This document shows, piece by piece, positions 38,559 through 53,369 of a stretch of 64,000 bases of DNA (its first letter is position 1; the number at the start of each line of letters is the position of its first letter). A model generated the notes under the pieces. It was given only the letters and a program-made list of their open reading frames with translations, ran no database searches and was not told the DNA's origin. The position numbers and the translations under genes were made by a program. The stretch is taken from NCBI RefSeq assembly GCF_964194025.1, contig NC_134475.1:26226001-26290000 (forward strand), written 5' to 3'. Source of the DNA: Convolutriloba macropyga (lineage: Eukaryota).

Positions 38559-41289
38559 CTAAAAATATATCAGATACTTCTTTAAATTTTGACCCTCAAA
38601 ATGAACATCATTTCGGACCTCTGTTTCTTTTTCCCCATGTGAGCAAGAAACCGATGTTTCAGAGTGGTAATAAATATGGCAAAAAATTTATTCCCATTTT
38701 GATCCAATTTATAGACCCTGTACAAAAAGTCGAAACAAGCCATTTAAACAAAAATATTATGCAGAAAAAAGCTGGTTACAGATTTTCACATTCTATCGAG
38801 AAAACTTGTAGTCCAGTTTAGGCTCTCTTAACTACCTACGACACAAACCTTACAGATTCTGATCACGCCGTAAATCCTAATCAATGTGAGGTCTCCCGTT
38901 CAAGCAACTTGATAAATTCGAACAAATTAGCTCTTAATATCAACACAAATGAACATCGGTGGCAGTACCTCCAAGTTTCATTTTGCTACTTCTGCTTTTT
39001 CACTCTAAAAAAGTTCAGGTAAAATCTAATCAAATAATTGCAGGTTCAGGTAGACTTAAAATGTACAAATACACTGAAAGCACCTTCATTGTTTACCTGT
39101 TATGTTTCACGTGTAGATTTAAGAAAATGTTCCTTTTAGATGTGATTTTTGCTTCTAGTCCTTAAAAACGCAATATTAGCTCCCGATTTAAGTAAAATCT
39201 AATTACGGCAATTTTTGCGGACTAGTCTTCCACAATAATTATTTGCGGCGTAAAGTAGATTCAATTTTTTAATTTTAAAAGTTGAGTTTAAAAGTGAAAA
39301 ACACTGACTGGAATTTCCATTTAGGGCGACGTCGTTCTCGCAGTGTGTAAGTACATCATCGCAGTGTGTAAGTACATTTCACACGTACAACGTATTAAGA
39401 TAGGAAAAGTGAAATGTGATTACAAAAAAGTAAATTTACTCAAAAAACTTGGTACCGGTAGACGCTTGTATTGTGTAGTTTTCGCTGATTTTACATCGTA
39501 AGAATCAAAATGTTACTTTGTTTAAACTTCATTGCTCCAATTTTCAGAAAGTTTCAGTTAGCTTCACTCGAACTTTAACGCTTACCGCTACGGTTGTAAT
39601 TTTTTTAGATAGTTTGGTGAAAAGTTCGAGCAAATTATTTATTTGATTTTAGTAAGTCCTGGCGAGACAATCTAATATGAATTTACCGAAAATAACGTTA
39701 ACTGTTCAGCTAACAAAACAAAAATAAAGTAAATAAGAAGCAACAACTTGTTCAACAATTTAGGGCTGATTAAAATAAGACTGAGTAAGACCGGGTCAGT
39801 AAAATTGCTCTTCTTATTAGGCTTCATTTTGTTCACTGTTATTGTATAGAGACCACACTCAACAGGAACCGACCAATTTGAATGTTGTTCAATTGCTAAT
39901 TGTACAAATGCAATGTACATTTTATACGGTTTCTGGAATTACAAGACAAGTCTTCATCAAATCATAAAATTGTTTAACAACCAATGTAACATCACGTTTT
40001 CTAAGATAACGTGTTCAAAGCACGACAAATAAAAAGCTAAATCAGCACTCTTGTTGCACTCAAATCGAAATAATTTGCGTAAAGATTCTCTTTAACGAGA
40101 TAATTTCAGCTTCGTATATTTTTCGGAATTTTTTCGCTAGCCCCCCAGTAAATTAGTCTCCCCAACGGCATATTTCAAAACATTATGTAGATGCATTTGA
40201 ATTGTTACGAGTGAATAGGCAAATATTAACGGAGCAGAAGTTTGAAAATAATACAAGCATATTAACAAAAGTTCTATATGTTATGAAAATCAACCAAAAA
40301 TTTGTTCCTATTTTTGTTGAACATTTTCCAACGTAACATCTTCTAAAATTTAAATATTTGAGGCCAAACCAGTACTCTTGTTGCACTCAATTTGAAATAA
40401 TTTGGCCTAAACATTGGTTTTTGTGAGATCACTTGTTTTGTACATTTTCAATTTTTGTTCCGCTGGCTCAAAGTAAATTAGGCCCTCCCATTGGCATATA
40501 GGACGGGGGAGCTAGCAAAAAACGATAGTGTTTTTAAACGCTCCAAATAAACAAAATAAACTTTATCATTTTCGTATTTTGTTTGCCGACGAGCATTTTA
40601 CTGGCAACTAATGACAACAGAAAAATGAGCCTAGTTGAGTTTGTCAAAAAATAAATACTGTTGAATTTATCTTTTACTAATCCTTTTTTTCCTTCAGTTT
40701 TTTCCACTTCGTAGAATTAACAAAGGGCAGTCACCTTGTCTCGAAATCACGTTTGTCTCACTCCGACTTTTTTTCCTCAAGAAAACACAGAACATTTGTG
40801 CCTCTTGTCCTTTTTCTGAGTTTCAATTTTTTTAAGATTTTTAAACCATTTCGATCAAAAGAGTCTATTAAGAAAACCGTTTCGTACAAGTTTAGACCCA
40901 CAACTTGAATAATTACATACTTTTTTCGCAATTTCTCTCATCACAAAAAATCATAAAACTTTCACTTTCGCAACATTTATCAAAAAAAAATTGCCATGAG
41001 AACTATATAATTGTTATATTTCATTCGAGACAACTCACAGCCTGCAGAACTTTCGGAAGAATCATTTTCTCTTCATTTTTTCCACTTTTGAACCATTTTT
41101 TGTTACATTCTGAAGTTTTTCGAGGAAACCAAAGACATTTTGTAGTCACCGCTAGTGGAAAAAATTTGATCAGCACATCTGTGTAATAAATGAGAATAAA
41201 TTCTAACTCTTGTCTTCCTCAGGAGCTCATGATAATTTTATATGATCGATTTTTATTTTATTGATACATTTTGCGATAGTAATGCGTAC

Positions 41290-41544
41290 CTTGTGAGTGT
41301 CAGCTGCTCTGAATACCATGACCGCATTGCCATAGAAGAATACCATCCCACATACCATGAACACGGGGTGGAAATGGAACTGACTCTCCTCGTTCGAACC
41401 CCACTCATATCCACCAAGATAGAATCCGTAAACTACTGCTATGACCACGCACGCCACTCCCATTAATTGTGTCACGGCAAAAATAATATAAAAGCATGTT
41501 TTACTGGCCTGTATTTTGTCACTTTGAGTAACTATCAAACGCAT
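41290..41544 (-). CDS. Cytochrome b561 family protein (CYB561/CYBRD1-like), exon 1; start codon uncertain
   Basis: YLGGYEW...FHFHPVFMVCGMVFFYGNAVMVFR (FxxHP motif); AAG|GTACGC donor; joined protein about 257 aa with the four heme His. Confidence 0.85.
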
Positions 41545-41799
41545 ATTAGAAAAGGCTCCCAACAAACTGTTCAAAACCGAATTTCGTATGTAAACGAAGT
41601 TTGAAATATTTTTCATCCATTTCCTATGCTCTATTGATTTCCATGCTCCGATGATAAATGGTTCCAATGCGTAGAATTTTGCTTGTAGATGATGTTTTTC
41701 AATACAATCAAAAATTATGCAATGAATTAGGCATTTTGAGTGTTATCCTGTTTAACGCTAGACGAAACTGAGTCTTTTTTACAAAATACGAAGTTAACT

Positions 41800-43938
41800 A
41801 AACAAGGCGGCTCGGTAATGTGCGATCGCACATAAGGTTCCGACCCCGCTCATCCACAATTTTGGCATAATTGTCTACCAAATGAGGAACAGATAGAAAA
41901 ACACAAAAAGTTCAAGTATTTTTCAAAAAAAAATTGGTGTATGAACGAAACGATAGCCTCCAAAGCAAATAAGTCAGTGAAGTAAAAAGTGATGCATTAG
42001 ATTGATGAGATATGCCGATATTAAGAAAGCGAGCGAACACGAACGGCAAAATCAAACAACAACAACAAACATTAATTACATCAAAAAATTTATGTCCGTT
42101 TTAAAAAATAAAACTTAATAAAAAAGTCAAAACAGCGTCAGATAACTCTGAAAATAAACGAAATAAATTGTAATTCACCAGAAAAAAAAATGGTTATTCA
42201 CCAGTTCATAATAAAGCTTGGTAACAATTTGACAATAAAGAACAGAAACTTTAAAGTTAGAAAATTCGCTGAATTTTTAGAAAAAACAACTAATTTCAAA
42301 GTAATGAAAACCATCAGGAATCAACTAAAATTTCCCATAGGTTTAGAGTTACCAATACTTCTATAGAAGGGAATTAAGTACTCTTGGTATTCAATTTTTT
42401 ATGCAATTACAAAAAAAAACAGCAAATAGACAACAAAATAAAAATCAATTAAAACTTGTCAGAAAATGCTTTGGAAGCCATAAAGCCATACTTTTGCCCC
42501 CAAAGTATGTTCGATTGCACCTTCGTCAAACACCGATAATGTATTATGTGGCCGCTCATTAATTAAAATAAGCAACAATTAGACAAAAAGGAAAAAAAGA
42601 ATGCAAACTTATGTAATACTTGTTTTTTTTTCAAAAAAAATTTATTTCCAAAAACATGAAAGCCATAAATTACAAAATGAAAACTTTGAATAGGTTCATC
42701 CATTCTTCCAAAGGAAGCCCTTGAGATCTGCAATTATCCAGAATTTGTCTTAAGTCTACAAAAAGAACGCCAAATATGACAAAAACCAATTAATAGTTTA
42801 CTTTTTTTTGTGAAAAACCCGTGTCGAAGCCAGTAAAATCATAACGAATTCTTTAGAAACATTAGATTTTGTGACAACAATCGCTTTGACACCTTCCCCT
42901 GACAAAAATAATGTCATCTTTGACCTTTAATTAACGAGACCAGGTAACAAACAGACAATAAAAGGAACAAAATTGCGAAGTTGAAATAATTTTTTTTTTC
43001 ATTTTGGAAAACAATTGTTTTCAAAGTCATGAAAGCCATTATCTATCTTCTAATATCAGAACATCGGCTCATCTACTCTTTCAGGAAAAGCCAATCAAAT
43101 CGGTCATTGTACAGGAAAATAAATACGACTAAAAAACAAAGTAAAACGACAGTTAAAGACAAATTTAAAAATTTCAATTAAATTCTTCGAGAAAGTATTG
43201 TCGAAGCGGTAAAGAACCACAATCTATATCTTTAAGAATTTAAATAGTATTAATTAATTTAAATAATTTAATTGTTGGAATGTCATTGATATAGATATTT
43301 TGTTTGTTAAAAATCATAAGTAAATGCTGCGTTTTTGATAATCAACGAATAAAGTTAGCAAAAAACGGCAAAGTTTCATTTACAGAGCACCCTCAACGGA
43401 AGTTAAAGTGGAAATAGCCCCCTTTTAATTCTACAAAGATTGTGTTTGTGGTGTTTGGATGTGCTCTTCCTGCAAATTTAATCAGAAGGGACTAAAGAAA
43501 CTTATTTCGTGCTGTTTTTGATGAAAAAGTCTGAATTTTGTGAAATTTTTAGCCGGAATTTGTGACAAAAAATTCAATGAAAATAGCCGACAATGTATTT
43601 TGTCTTTAAACATAAAATCAACAACATTTTCTTGAAAAATTTTATTAAATTTTATCAAAATTGGCGAAATTTTAGTCAAAAATGCCGAAAAAAGGTGAAT
43701 GAAATCAACGGAATTCACTCTATTTTCTCGAAAGTTTAAACCCCGATATCTCCCTGTCAAAAACGAAAATCAAAAAAATCTTTTTAATTCCACATTCTAC
43801 GCTGGACAAGCTTTCTAATGATACCAGTCTCATTTCTCTACGATGAATATATCGATCGGCCAAAATTGACTGAACAAAAAAAAAAAAACCCAGTTGAGTA
43901 TATAGTTCCTCCCCCCCCTCAAGAGGGGTCGGAACAAA
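41800..43938 (-). mobile_element. HINE/DINE-1-like element, copy B (best-preserved termini)
   Basis: On the - strand: 5' TTTGTTCCGACCCCTCTTGAGGGGGGGAGGAACTAT; 3' GGGGTCGGAAC CTT ATGTGCGATCGCACAT TACCGAGCCGCCTTGTTT. Confidence 0.8.
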
Positions 43939-44082
43939 TATCAACGAGCACCTAGCATTAGCGTAATGCTTAAAAATGCATAAAAACTCTTTGGGTCCAT
44001 TAATCTCAACATACAAAAAAACTGATCATTTTTACACACCGGCGTTTATAACTTAATTATAGCTCTTTGCAATCTAAAGAAA

Positions 44083-46040
44083 AACAAGGAGACTCGGAAA
44101 TGTGCGTTCACACATTATGTTTGGACCCCGCTCAAACACGTTTTTGACTTAATTGTCCACCAAATGATGGAGATAAACTTTCAAAAATAGATTATTTCAA
44201 GAAAATAATTGGTTAATTGGTGCATCCATTAAAAATCGCTTTAAACTCAAACCACTATACAATTTGAACATTAACACATTAGAGGGCAAATGATACCAGA
44301 CGTTAAAGAGCATAAGCGACAAGACAAACAACTAAATCAAATAAAAACAAGCATTACTTACGACCGAAAACTCATTGTCTTTTTTGAAAACTTAATGAAA
44401 AAGTCAAAATAGCAACAGATAATAACTAAACTGAACCGAGTGACATGCATTTCACTAGGAAAAATGTGATCAGTCTTTATTGAGAATAAACAACAAGTAG
44501 ACAGAAAACAAAAAGGTTTACACGTTTACACTTTATCAAAACAGTTAAGTCCAAAGTCTTGAAAGCCATTAGCTATAAACAAATCATTCAATGGCTTCAT
44601 TTAAAATACCAAACAAAACTAATGAGACCTCTCATCATCAAAAATGTCATAAGACTACAAAAAAACAAAGGCAGAAATCAAAAAGTCAAATCAATTTAAC
44701 AAAAAAAACGGTGTCGAAGCCGATAAAATAACAACCTATACATTAAAATTTTGAAAATAATTAGATTCATCTTCTTTTAACGCCGACAAATTGATATGCG
44801 AATTCTCATTAATGGGCCATTAATTTTGTGATAGCACAAAACAGCAAAAAAACCTCAAAAATTGGAAATTGTCAAATAAAAATTACGAAGTTATGAAAAC
44901 TCCTAGTATCAACACAAAACCATAATTTAAAACAGCAATTAATACTAAAATGAAACTAAGTTTACAAAGAATGAGACCTCCTTTTGTTGAGAATACGCTA
45001 TAAGGCGGCAAAAATAAGGTTGAAATTAGCAAATCTCAAAAAACCTTAAAATCTCACGAGAACAACCGTTAACTTCCAAATGAAAAAAGATAGACTAATT
45101 TGTTATTGCTCAGGAAACCAAATGTGTATGTCATTAGCTAGACTTAGCCAAAAGACCGCAAATTAACATTCAATAGCGGCAGATCTCAAAACTTCAAAAA
45201 CAATTTTATGCAAACGGTGTGAAAGCCAAAAAACCATCTGCTTCCCTCATGTATGTTCATCATGTATGTTCAATGGCCTTCATCTGCACGTAATTTGACC
45301 TGTTAATAGTTAAAGTCTGATTTGACGTCATTTTGTTTTATAATTAGCACATAGCTCCTTGACGCCATATTAGTCAATTGATTAATTAGACTCAGTCGTA
45401 AGACTACAAGAAGAACAAAAGCTGACAAAATTCAAAAGAAATTATCAAAAATTTACGATAACCAGTTGTCGGAGCAAGAAAAACCATGCGCTTCACCCAA
45501 TAAACAATATTTATTTTTTTATATCTTGCTTGAACGTAAACGGAACCTGTTTTAAATTGAACTCTTAATTGAAAACAGATTTGCATGTAATTGCGATGAA
45601 AAAAAAAGAAAACAAAAAATAAAAATGACAGATCCCAAATACAAAGCGAATCATTTTTCGTCGGAAAAATCAACATTGAGACTAAACCTGGCCTTCCTAG
45701 TGCTGCGCGGCTGTCGAAAAAAAAGTTTTAAAATTTTGCGTAGTATAATTTTTGGCAGACGAAAATCAATATATCAAAATTTAACTGCATTTCAAAAATA
45801 TTGGTAAAATAGCGAAAGACCGCGAAAATGTTACTTCCAGAAACTCTTCTTACTGACCGGAGGTACAATAGGCCATATATGAGTAAACCAAGATTGTGTC
45901 AGCAGTTTTAATGTCTGCATTACCGGTGAAACTGGACGAAAAGGCCAATTGGGCATAATTGATATCAGTTTTTTTTTTAAAAAAAAAGAAAAGAACTTCT
46001 GATCTTTTTTAAATTTAGCCGAAAATTAAGACAAAACAAT
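44083..46040 (-). mobile_element. HINE/DINE-1-like element, copy C (5'-truncated)
   Basis: 3' terminus AACAAGGAGACTCGGAAATGTGCGTTCACACAT..GGACCCCGCTC; 45890-45950 is the inverse of 56490-56545 in copy E. Confidence 0.65.
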
Positions 46041-47325
46041 CGGTTCAAACAAATCACGAACTCCCTTTTATCTTTACATTTGGCTCCCAAGAAAAATTAT
46101 TCACAACAGCTTATACAGCTATACCCCATCTATTTTAAAATAAAATATCAAATATAAATTAATTAGAGCTTATCAATGGCTCTTAACAAAAAAAACCTTA
46201 CTGCAGAAAACTTTATGCAATTTAGTACAAGAAAAATTGAAACAGCTCGCCTCAAAAATAGGTGCAAAAAACTAGATCTTTACATTCAACCAGTTCTTTC
46301 CAAATATGACAATTAGATGACAGTGCATGTTGCATGAACGAGCTTTAGCATTATCTCTTAAAGAAAATTTGCCGATAATCTCGGTTCTGAGTGTGTTTCT
46401 TCCTAACTTTGGAGATATGCGAAAGCAATCTGTCGGCTATTTTTTTGCTATATCAACTATTTGACACTACCAAATAAGACCTCACCCAGTTCTTGCCAGG
46501 ATTTGACAATGATTGGAAAAGCTTAAGACTAGATTGAAGGCGTTCAAAGTCTAAAGAGTGGTATGATCGGAACTCTAGGTAAAGTACTGAACCAAGACCT
46601 GCATTTGAATTTAATTCCAAAAAAGAATGACTTTTCCAAAGCAAAACAACTACCCAGGATTCACCGACACCACCACCAACCCCCCCCCCCCCCAAAAACA
46701 GAAGTATATGTTGGCGAAAAGCCAACCCCTCCACCCCCGCCCCCAAAAAAACAGTATATGATATTCAAACTGTATATGATACTCAAACTATAACGCTTTG
46801 AATTTTATATTACGCCCTCTGGCCACTGCTCCATCTATACCCCCATTGCTATTTGTCGCTACCCTATATTGACATCAGTTACATGACAATTTACGCAATG
46901 CGAAAATGCCCGACGCCATATTACTCAAAGTATTATATTTGATCTTTTTGTTCAATAATTTCCAATTAGAAAATAATTGCTACTAAAATCATGTTTTAAT
47001 TTATTGTGATAATTTCATATCAAGTCCCCCGGCATGACAATGACCCTCTAGGCATGGCCAAATAAACTAGGCTCACATTAAAAGCTTCGTGAATTATAAT
47101 ATTTATAATATTATAAATATCTCACAAAGGCATTATTATACAAAATATTATAATTTTAAAAAATAGGGAAAAAATTGTATTTTCGAACTTTGGGTATTTT
47201 GGCATTGGCTATTTTTTCCTGACATCATTAACATTTCCAGCATCGTCTGAAATTACTGAAAAGAAATCTATTTCAAATTTAAGGCAGCCGTACTATGACT
47301 AAAAATTCCCCTCTTTGGTGTCTAA

Positions 47326-49243
47326 TTTTTGTTCCGACCCATTTTAGTGGGGGAGGAACTATATACTCAAATGGGTTTTTTTGACCAGTCAATTTTGGCC
47401 GATCGATATAATCATCGTAGAGAGTTGCGAGTGGTATCATTACGAAGCCCGTCCAGCGTAGAAAATGGAATGAACAAAATTTTTTGATTTTCAATTTTTA
47501 CAGGGAGTTATCGGTGCTTAAAGTTTTGTCAATAAGAGACAATACTCCGTTGTTTTTATTCACATTTTCCGTATTTTTGATCAAATTTTCGTCGATTTTG
47601 ATAAAAAATAAGTTAAAATTGTTAACAAGAGTGGCATTGATTTTATCATTTAAGATAGAGCCGGAATGCTGAAACTTTTCGATCCCTGTTTCTTGGCTAG
47701 AATCAATGCTAAATTTCTCAAAATTCAGACCTTTTTCATCAAAATTGGACCAAATATGTTTTCTGGCCCATCTGAATATTTTAATTGTTTTTGTTGAACA
47801 GTTTATGCTTTTGGGCTCAGACACAGTTCTCTAGCAATATTTAGTTTTTATTTTTGCCTATGTTTGTCTTTTTGTTGTAAAACGACATATAACTGATAAT
47901 GAAATGTCTCAAACCTCTTCAAGATTTCAGTTTCTACTAGCTATTCGTTTCAATGAGGCTTTCAAAATAATTTTATGAAATTTTTTCAACTCTCTCCTTT
48001 TTGCTCTCATTTTTGTCACTATGTAACTCAATCTTACTAATGAGAAGTCTCAAATACTTTTTTCATCCAAACATTTTTCTGTTTTTTGTTTTGGCCCATG
48101 GCTTCGACCATTTACATTCATAAAAAATTTTCGTGATTTCTATGCTGTTCAAAATTTGGGTTTCTTTTTGGTGTTATTTCTCGGTAGTCCCTTTATAAGC
48201 AAGAACAGTTGATGTTCAGAGGAGAGGCAAGTGATGAATTACAATTCTTTCAGATAACATCTTTTAAATATAGTGCCACGAACACTGATGTCGCAAAAAT
48301 TGTGTGAAATTTTGGCTTCTGCCTGTATTTGTTGTTATTTTGCCCTCTCGTGGTTTACACTTATTAATAACAGTACAAATTGGCTTCCTGGGCTGTTGCA
48401 CCTTAATCCATTGCTTTGTTGAAATCTTATTGTCTGTTATGACTTTTGAGCAAATTATTTTCAAAAAAAATATTTGGATTTTTGAGCTTGACAATGTTTA
48501 ACCAATTTTTGGTCTATTTGTAGATTAGTCTGTAGAGACAGGTCACAACCCAATTCCAGTGAACTACAATTTAATCTTTATACCGGTCTTAATTTCAACC
48601 ATTTTCATCTCGGCATTGTTACTACTGTTACTATGAGATTTCATAAAATGTTTTATGAGATTTTGTATTTGTACAATTAAAAGAACGTCCGTTTTCTTTT
48701 TAAACTATAACATTAATGGTAGGTCCAATTGATTGGCTTTGATAAATTGGGCAATTGAACATTTATACATGAACATTTCAGTTAATATCTTATGATAATG
48801 ATCACTTTGAAACATTTTTTGTTCAAAAATAGAAAAATAGAAACGTATTTTCGAACTTCGCACCTTTTTGCTCTTTTTGTTACCCAGTCGATTGAGGACA
48901 GGTCCCATATCTTTTCCAATGAAGTACATGTCAATTTGTTTTGTTCAGGTTTTATCTGATGCCAGTTTAATTTTATGATTTCTCTAAAATAGGCATCGAG
49001 TGTTGATCTTAATTAATGTTCGTTATTTGATTTTTATTGTTGTTTTCTAGTAGTCCTACTAACAACAAGTTTCATCGGCCCTCTAGCGTAACATTATTTT
49101 ATTCCTTTGGTGGTTTATTGAACGATATGTATGTTTTTGAAAGTTTTCTATCTCTTCAACATTCGGTAGCCAATTAAGTCAAGAATGTGGATGAGCGGGG
49201 TCGGAAACTTATGTGCGTATGCACATTACCGAGCCTCCTTGTT
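47326..49243 (+). mobile_element. HINE/DINE-1-like element, copy D
   Basis: TTTTTGTTCCGACCC..GGGGGAGGAACTAT core; GGGGTCGGAAAC + ATGTGCGTATGCACAT hairpin + CCTTGTT. Confidence 0.8.
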
Positions 49244-49960
49244 GGTTTTTTACAACTTAAATACACATTTGCTGGTTGCGCCGGATACATACTTACTACT
49301 AATACTTGAATTAGCTGCCAATTTCGGCATGCAGAACTGCTGAAAACAACTAAAGAAGCCTAAAAAACTTGAGTCTTAAGGTTGTGAATTACTTTTATGA
49401 ATAAGGTTCTACTAAAAACTTTCTTGATTACACTGTTTATTTACTTGATTACACTTGATTAACAAATTATCTAACTTAGATAATATTATGGTAACTGGTC
49501 GTTCTGTTAATGAGTACAATCGGTAAAATATGGGGTATATTTTGAGTATTTTGTCACATTGGACATTTTGGCTCTGCGAATTTGGCCCCTGAGACCTTTT
49601 TGACAGTGCTTCAATTCACTTTTTTGCTTAATTTGACGATGACTTATTCCCTAACATTCGGGTAACGTGTTCTCAACATCGCTGAAAGGAGTAAAGGGTT
49701 GCTTCGCAACCCATGCTTTTCTATGCAAAAATGCCATCAATATCTTTTTAATTACGTTGCATTGTAGTAAAACTATTTTTGAACACGCCGCTACTCATTA
49801 TAAACCTGAAGCTTAAAAAATATACAGATGCAAACTTTAATTTCACAAACAATACAACTTTTCAAACTTCAAACCGATCACTTCAAATAACTAAAGATTT
49901 GTGACAACAATCAAACCACAAGACAATCTATTTGACATTAGCACAATCAGACAGCACCAT

Positions 49961-51756
49961 TTATTTGAAGAACATTCCTAAAGTCTTCTGTCCTTTCACA
50001 GGTTCTAAAGTCTTTTTCGTCGTTTTCTTACCTTTCGGTTTATTTTCCGACTTCTTTCCAGTTGTTTCAATTTTTGGCTTTTTGGTCACTTGAGCACTGA
50101 CATTCTCCTTGCAACCTGTCTTATTCTCTTGCTCCGGAACAATTTTTGCTTCAAGTTTCTTTCGTTTCGCAGTTTTTGTTACGTCTTTTTGAGGAACAGT
50201 GTCAGGAACTAAATTTGACTTTTCATCAAAATCTGGTTCTGCATTCACGAATTCCTCGCAGACAATCGTTTTCTCTAATACAGACTCGGTTAACTCATCC
50301 TCTATACCTTCTATGGCTTCCTGTTGATTGTCCTGGCCAAAATCGAGCGACAAGCGTGAATTTTCATCTTCAACGGTAAAATTGACATCCTTTGCTCCAA
50401 AAAACGGGGTTTCAGGTGTTTTGGCCCAATTCATTTCTTGTTGCGACCTTCTCGGCCCTTTGAGTGGAGTCTTAGTGAGCTTGTTATTTTCCTCATTTTC
50501 AACTTTAACATCTTCAGCTTTCTTTACACAATCTTTTATAGCTTTCTCTAGTGTCATTGCAACTGCAGGCGATTTGAAAGCCTCTAAAATTGGAGTATGA
50601 CTCAATTTGGACTTGTCGGAACCAAAGTCCATAGAGGTTACACTTCGCAGCGAGTGAATGACGTTCAACTTGATGACCATCCGATGCAGAAGCTTAAAGG
50701 ACTCCCGACCAGCCAAGGTTCCCCCACTATTGGGTGTCTTTGGAGAAGGGGCCACCAAGTTAAGTGCACATATCTCCTTCAAACACTGCCATAGCTCCGA
50801 GTACACACAATCCACAAAAGGCCAAAACTCCCGCGATCTTTTAGAGCTCAAGAATTCGCGTTGCAAGCTTTGCAGAACTCTCTTAATTGCAATTTTTGGG
50901 GATAGGTTGTAATCTTCCAGATGTGATCTCAGCCGATCAATGAAGTCCACAAACTCGCCCAATCCCTTCACGTGTTGCAATATTGAGCTTTTCGAACTTG
51001 GTCGGTATCCTTTGCCTCCTAATCGTACTTGTGTTATGAGGGAAAGCGCTGTTTGGAACATCGGCATTTCTTTCTCGTATGCGCTCTTTTTTAGAGCTTT
51101 GAAAACTGACGGATCCAATTCGCGGTCTGGCACGTTTAGAGTTCGAGCGAGTGACAACTCGCATCGCGAATTCACAAGAAGAGTAAGATAAGATACCCAT
51201 ACTGAGTAGAGAGCCAGATGTTTCTCATTCAACTCCTTCAAGTAGCTAGAACTACTTTTGTGAGAAGCAACTAATTTCGAAATATCGACGTCAGAGGAAT
51301 CATCAGAGAATTTAATGTCAAAATGTGACTGCAGCTGGGTCAGAAACACAACCTCTAGGGGATGCAAGTTAAACTGATCGTCAAAACATCTCAAAATAAA
51401 CGTCACTTTATTCCCTGCTTCCTTCAGATTGATCAGCCTTTGACAAAAAAGCTCAATAGCTGCCATTAAGTCATATTTATTATTTTCTGAGAGAAAATTT
51501 TCGAATGATTTCGAGTCCTTTTCGTCTATTTCTCCTTTAAGAAGCTTCTCGAGAAAGTTATGTGAGTTATCAGAACTCACTGTATCAACAAACAATACAG
51601 AATTACTGTCTTCATTCTGAACGCACAGATTTGAGACAGTCAGATTTTTGGCTGATTTCAGGGTAAGTTTTTGATTGCTTATCGCTAGCTTAAGGGCTAA
51701 TTCTGAATCAGTAGGTGACACAAACAGCTCTTCTTGACCCAAGTCTTCCGAAGAAC
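49961..51756 (-). CDS. PARPBP: PCNA-interacting partner PARI (PARP1-binding protein), exon 2
   Basis: YLTLLVNSRCELSLARTLNVPDREL...LGGKGYRP...HVKGLGEFVDFID matches the conserved PARI core; C-terminal PIP box QKTLGMFF; TTTAG acceptor, phase 1. Confidence 0.9.
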
Positions 51757-53110
51757 CTAAACACAAAAATTATGGACACAAAAACAGGCAGTGTATAATA
51801 GAGCGTCTTATCTTCACTAAATAATCATTAATTGCAAATTCAACGAGACTATAACAAAACAGCAAATTAAAGATTCTACTCCATCGAGAACATAACCGAC
51901 TCACGTCGGGCGAATTGCTCTCAAGCGACTGGTGAGCGGTTGGCTTCGTCAGTAGCTAGCTACGGTTCAATTATGCCAGCATTAACCTTATTGTAAGGGC
52001 GTGTGTTGATCGGGTTACGGGTGGAACTCTTTCATGAACCTCCATAAAACAATAGTTTCAAATACTATCGAAGAATTAAAAACCACTCTCTCAAAACCAC
52101 GAGTGCCGCATTATAAATGCATGCTCAGATAACAGCTTTGCAGCTATAAAAAGACATTCTTGATCATCAATCACTTAAATAAAAGGACATCTTATGCACC
52201 GTTATCCCACCTCCATGGCCAGATTATCTGGTTCCAGAAAATTTGGAGGCATCTGGTAGACAATTCACACGGTTGCTGCAGTTAAAATTGCAATTTGCAA
52301 AACAAACCGGTGCTCGGTAAACTGCACCCATAAAAACATCTCAATCGAGCGATTCATAATATCTAAAATGGGAATGATGTGCATTTCTCACAGCACAGTT
52401 TCGAGGATTTAATGTGTTTGCCAGTACTGTTTTTAAATGCAAATATTGCTTTGAGGCGAAGATTGCCCTACAAGTTTCAATTGCGTATTATCAATAAATA
52501 TCAATCTGACTCGTCAGAGATTAAAGGCAGCCGTTGAATACATGATGGGACCTACGTTAACTAGCACAATTCTGAAGCAACTAACAGTCACACTTTTGCA
52601 ATCTAGCTGTTAACACAATGGCCATTATGACCAGGAGATTTTTTGTTGGACTCAAGAATCACCTGATTTTGGCCATTTCTTTAAGGGCACTTACACTAAG
52701 TGTGATCATAATGCTCTAAAACCAGTTGTGTCTCGCTTGAGTACGTTTTTCGGCGATTTAAAGACTGGCATTTTAATATTTTTTTTTCAATTGTCATTCA
52801 ATTTAGCAATTATTGAGGTTCTGTTAATTCTTATCAGAATTAACAATTGCTTTCTCATTATTTTACCAGAATATGTGAACTATCAAGTAAACGATATATG
52901 TCTAGATCTTCCGCCGTTACTTGAACAAAAAAAAACAAAACATATATGCTTAACATGCATCCAAGATAAGCAGCCAAAAAACACATTTATGAACTATAGA
53001 ACCAATATACCATTTTGACTGACACATACCCCTTTTTCGCGCTTATTCCATTACGTACATGTTTACATAGCGGATATAGGGTGAATTAAAACAAGAATCC
53101 CGCAACTTAC

Positions 53111-53369
53111 AAGCATAGGGTAGTGTGCATATAAAATGAAGCAGAGTCTGTTCAACTTGAGGTACGAAATAGTCTGAGGAGCCTGGCAGATCAGGTTGAC
53201 TGGGAATATTTTCCCCCTCTGTCACTTTTGAAGCACCCTCCCGTGATAAGATTGAGAATGTGATCGAATTGAAAACTACAAATTGCTCCTCCTCATCATT
53301 TGATGCCCTTTCATGCTTTCCTCTATCATTCTGTGGACTTTCTCCTCCTTTGGGGTCAGATTCCATCAT
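53111..53369 (-). CDS. PARPBP: PARPBP exon 1 (start at MMESDPK; alternative ATG at 53462)
   Basis: T|GTAAGT phase-1 donor; the junction gives VEQTLLHFICTLPYAC SSE, which resembles the vertebrate PARI N-terminal ...F.......CNSE as I recall it. Confidence 0.7.

Noticed and set aside
50146-51200. Overlapping antisense and alternative-frame ORFs within PARPBP
   Set aside because: Shadow ORFs of a long coding exon with no recognisable motifs
51770-51900. In-frame open stretch upstream of the PARPBP ORF past a single TAA (readthrough or pseudogene)
   Set aside because: Canonical splicing from 53111 to 51756 explains the N-terminus
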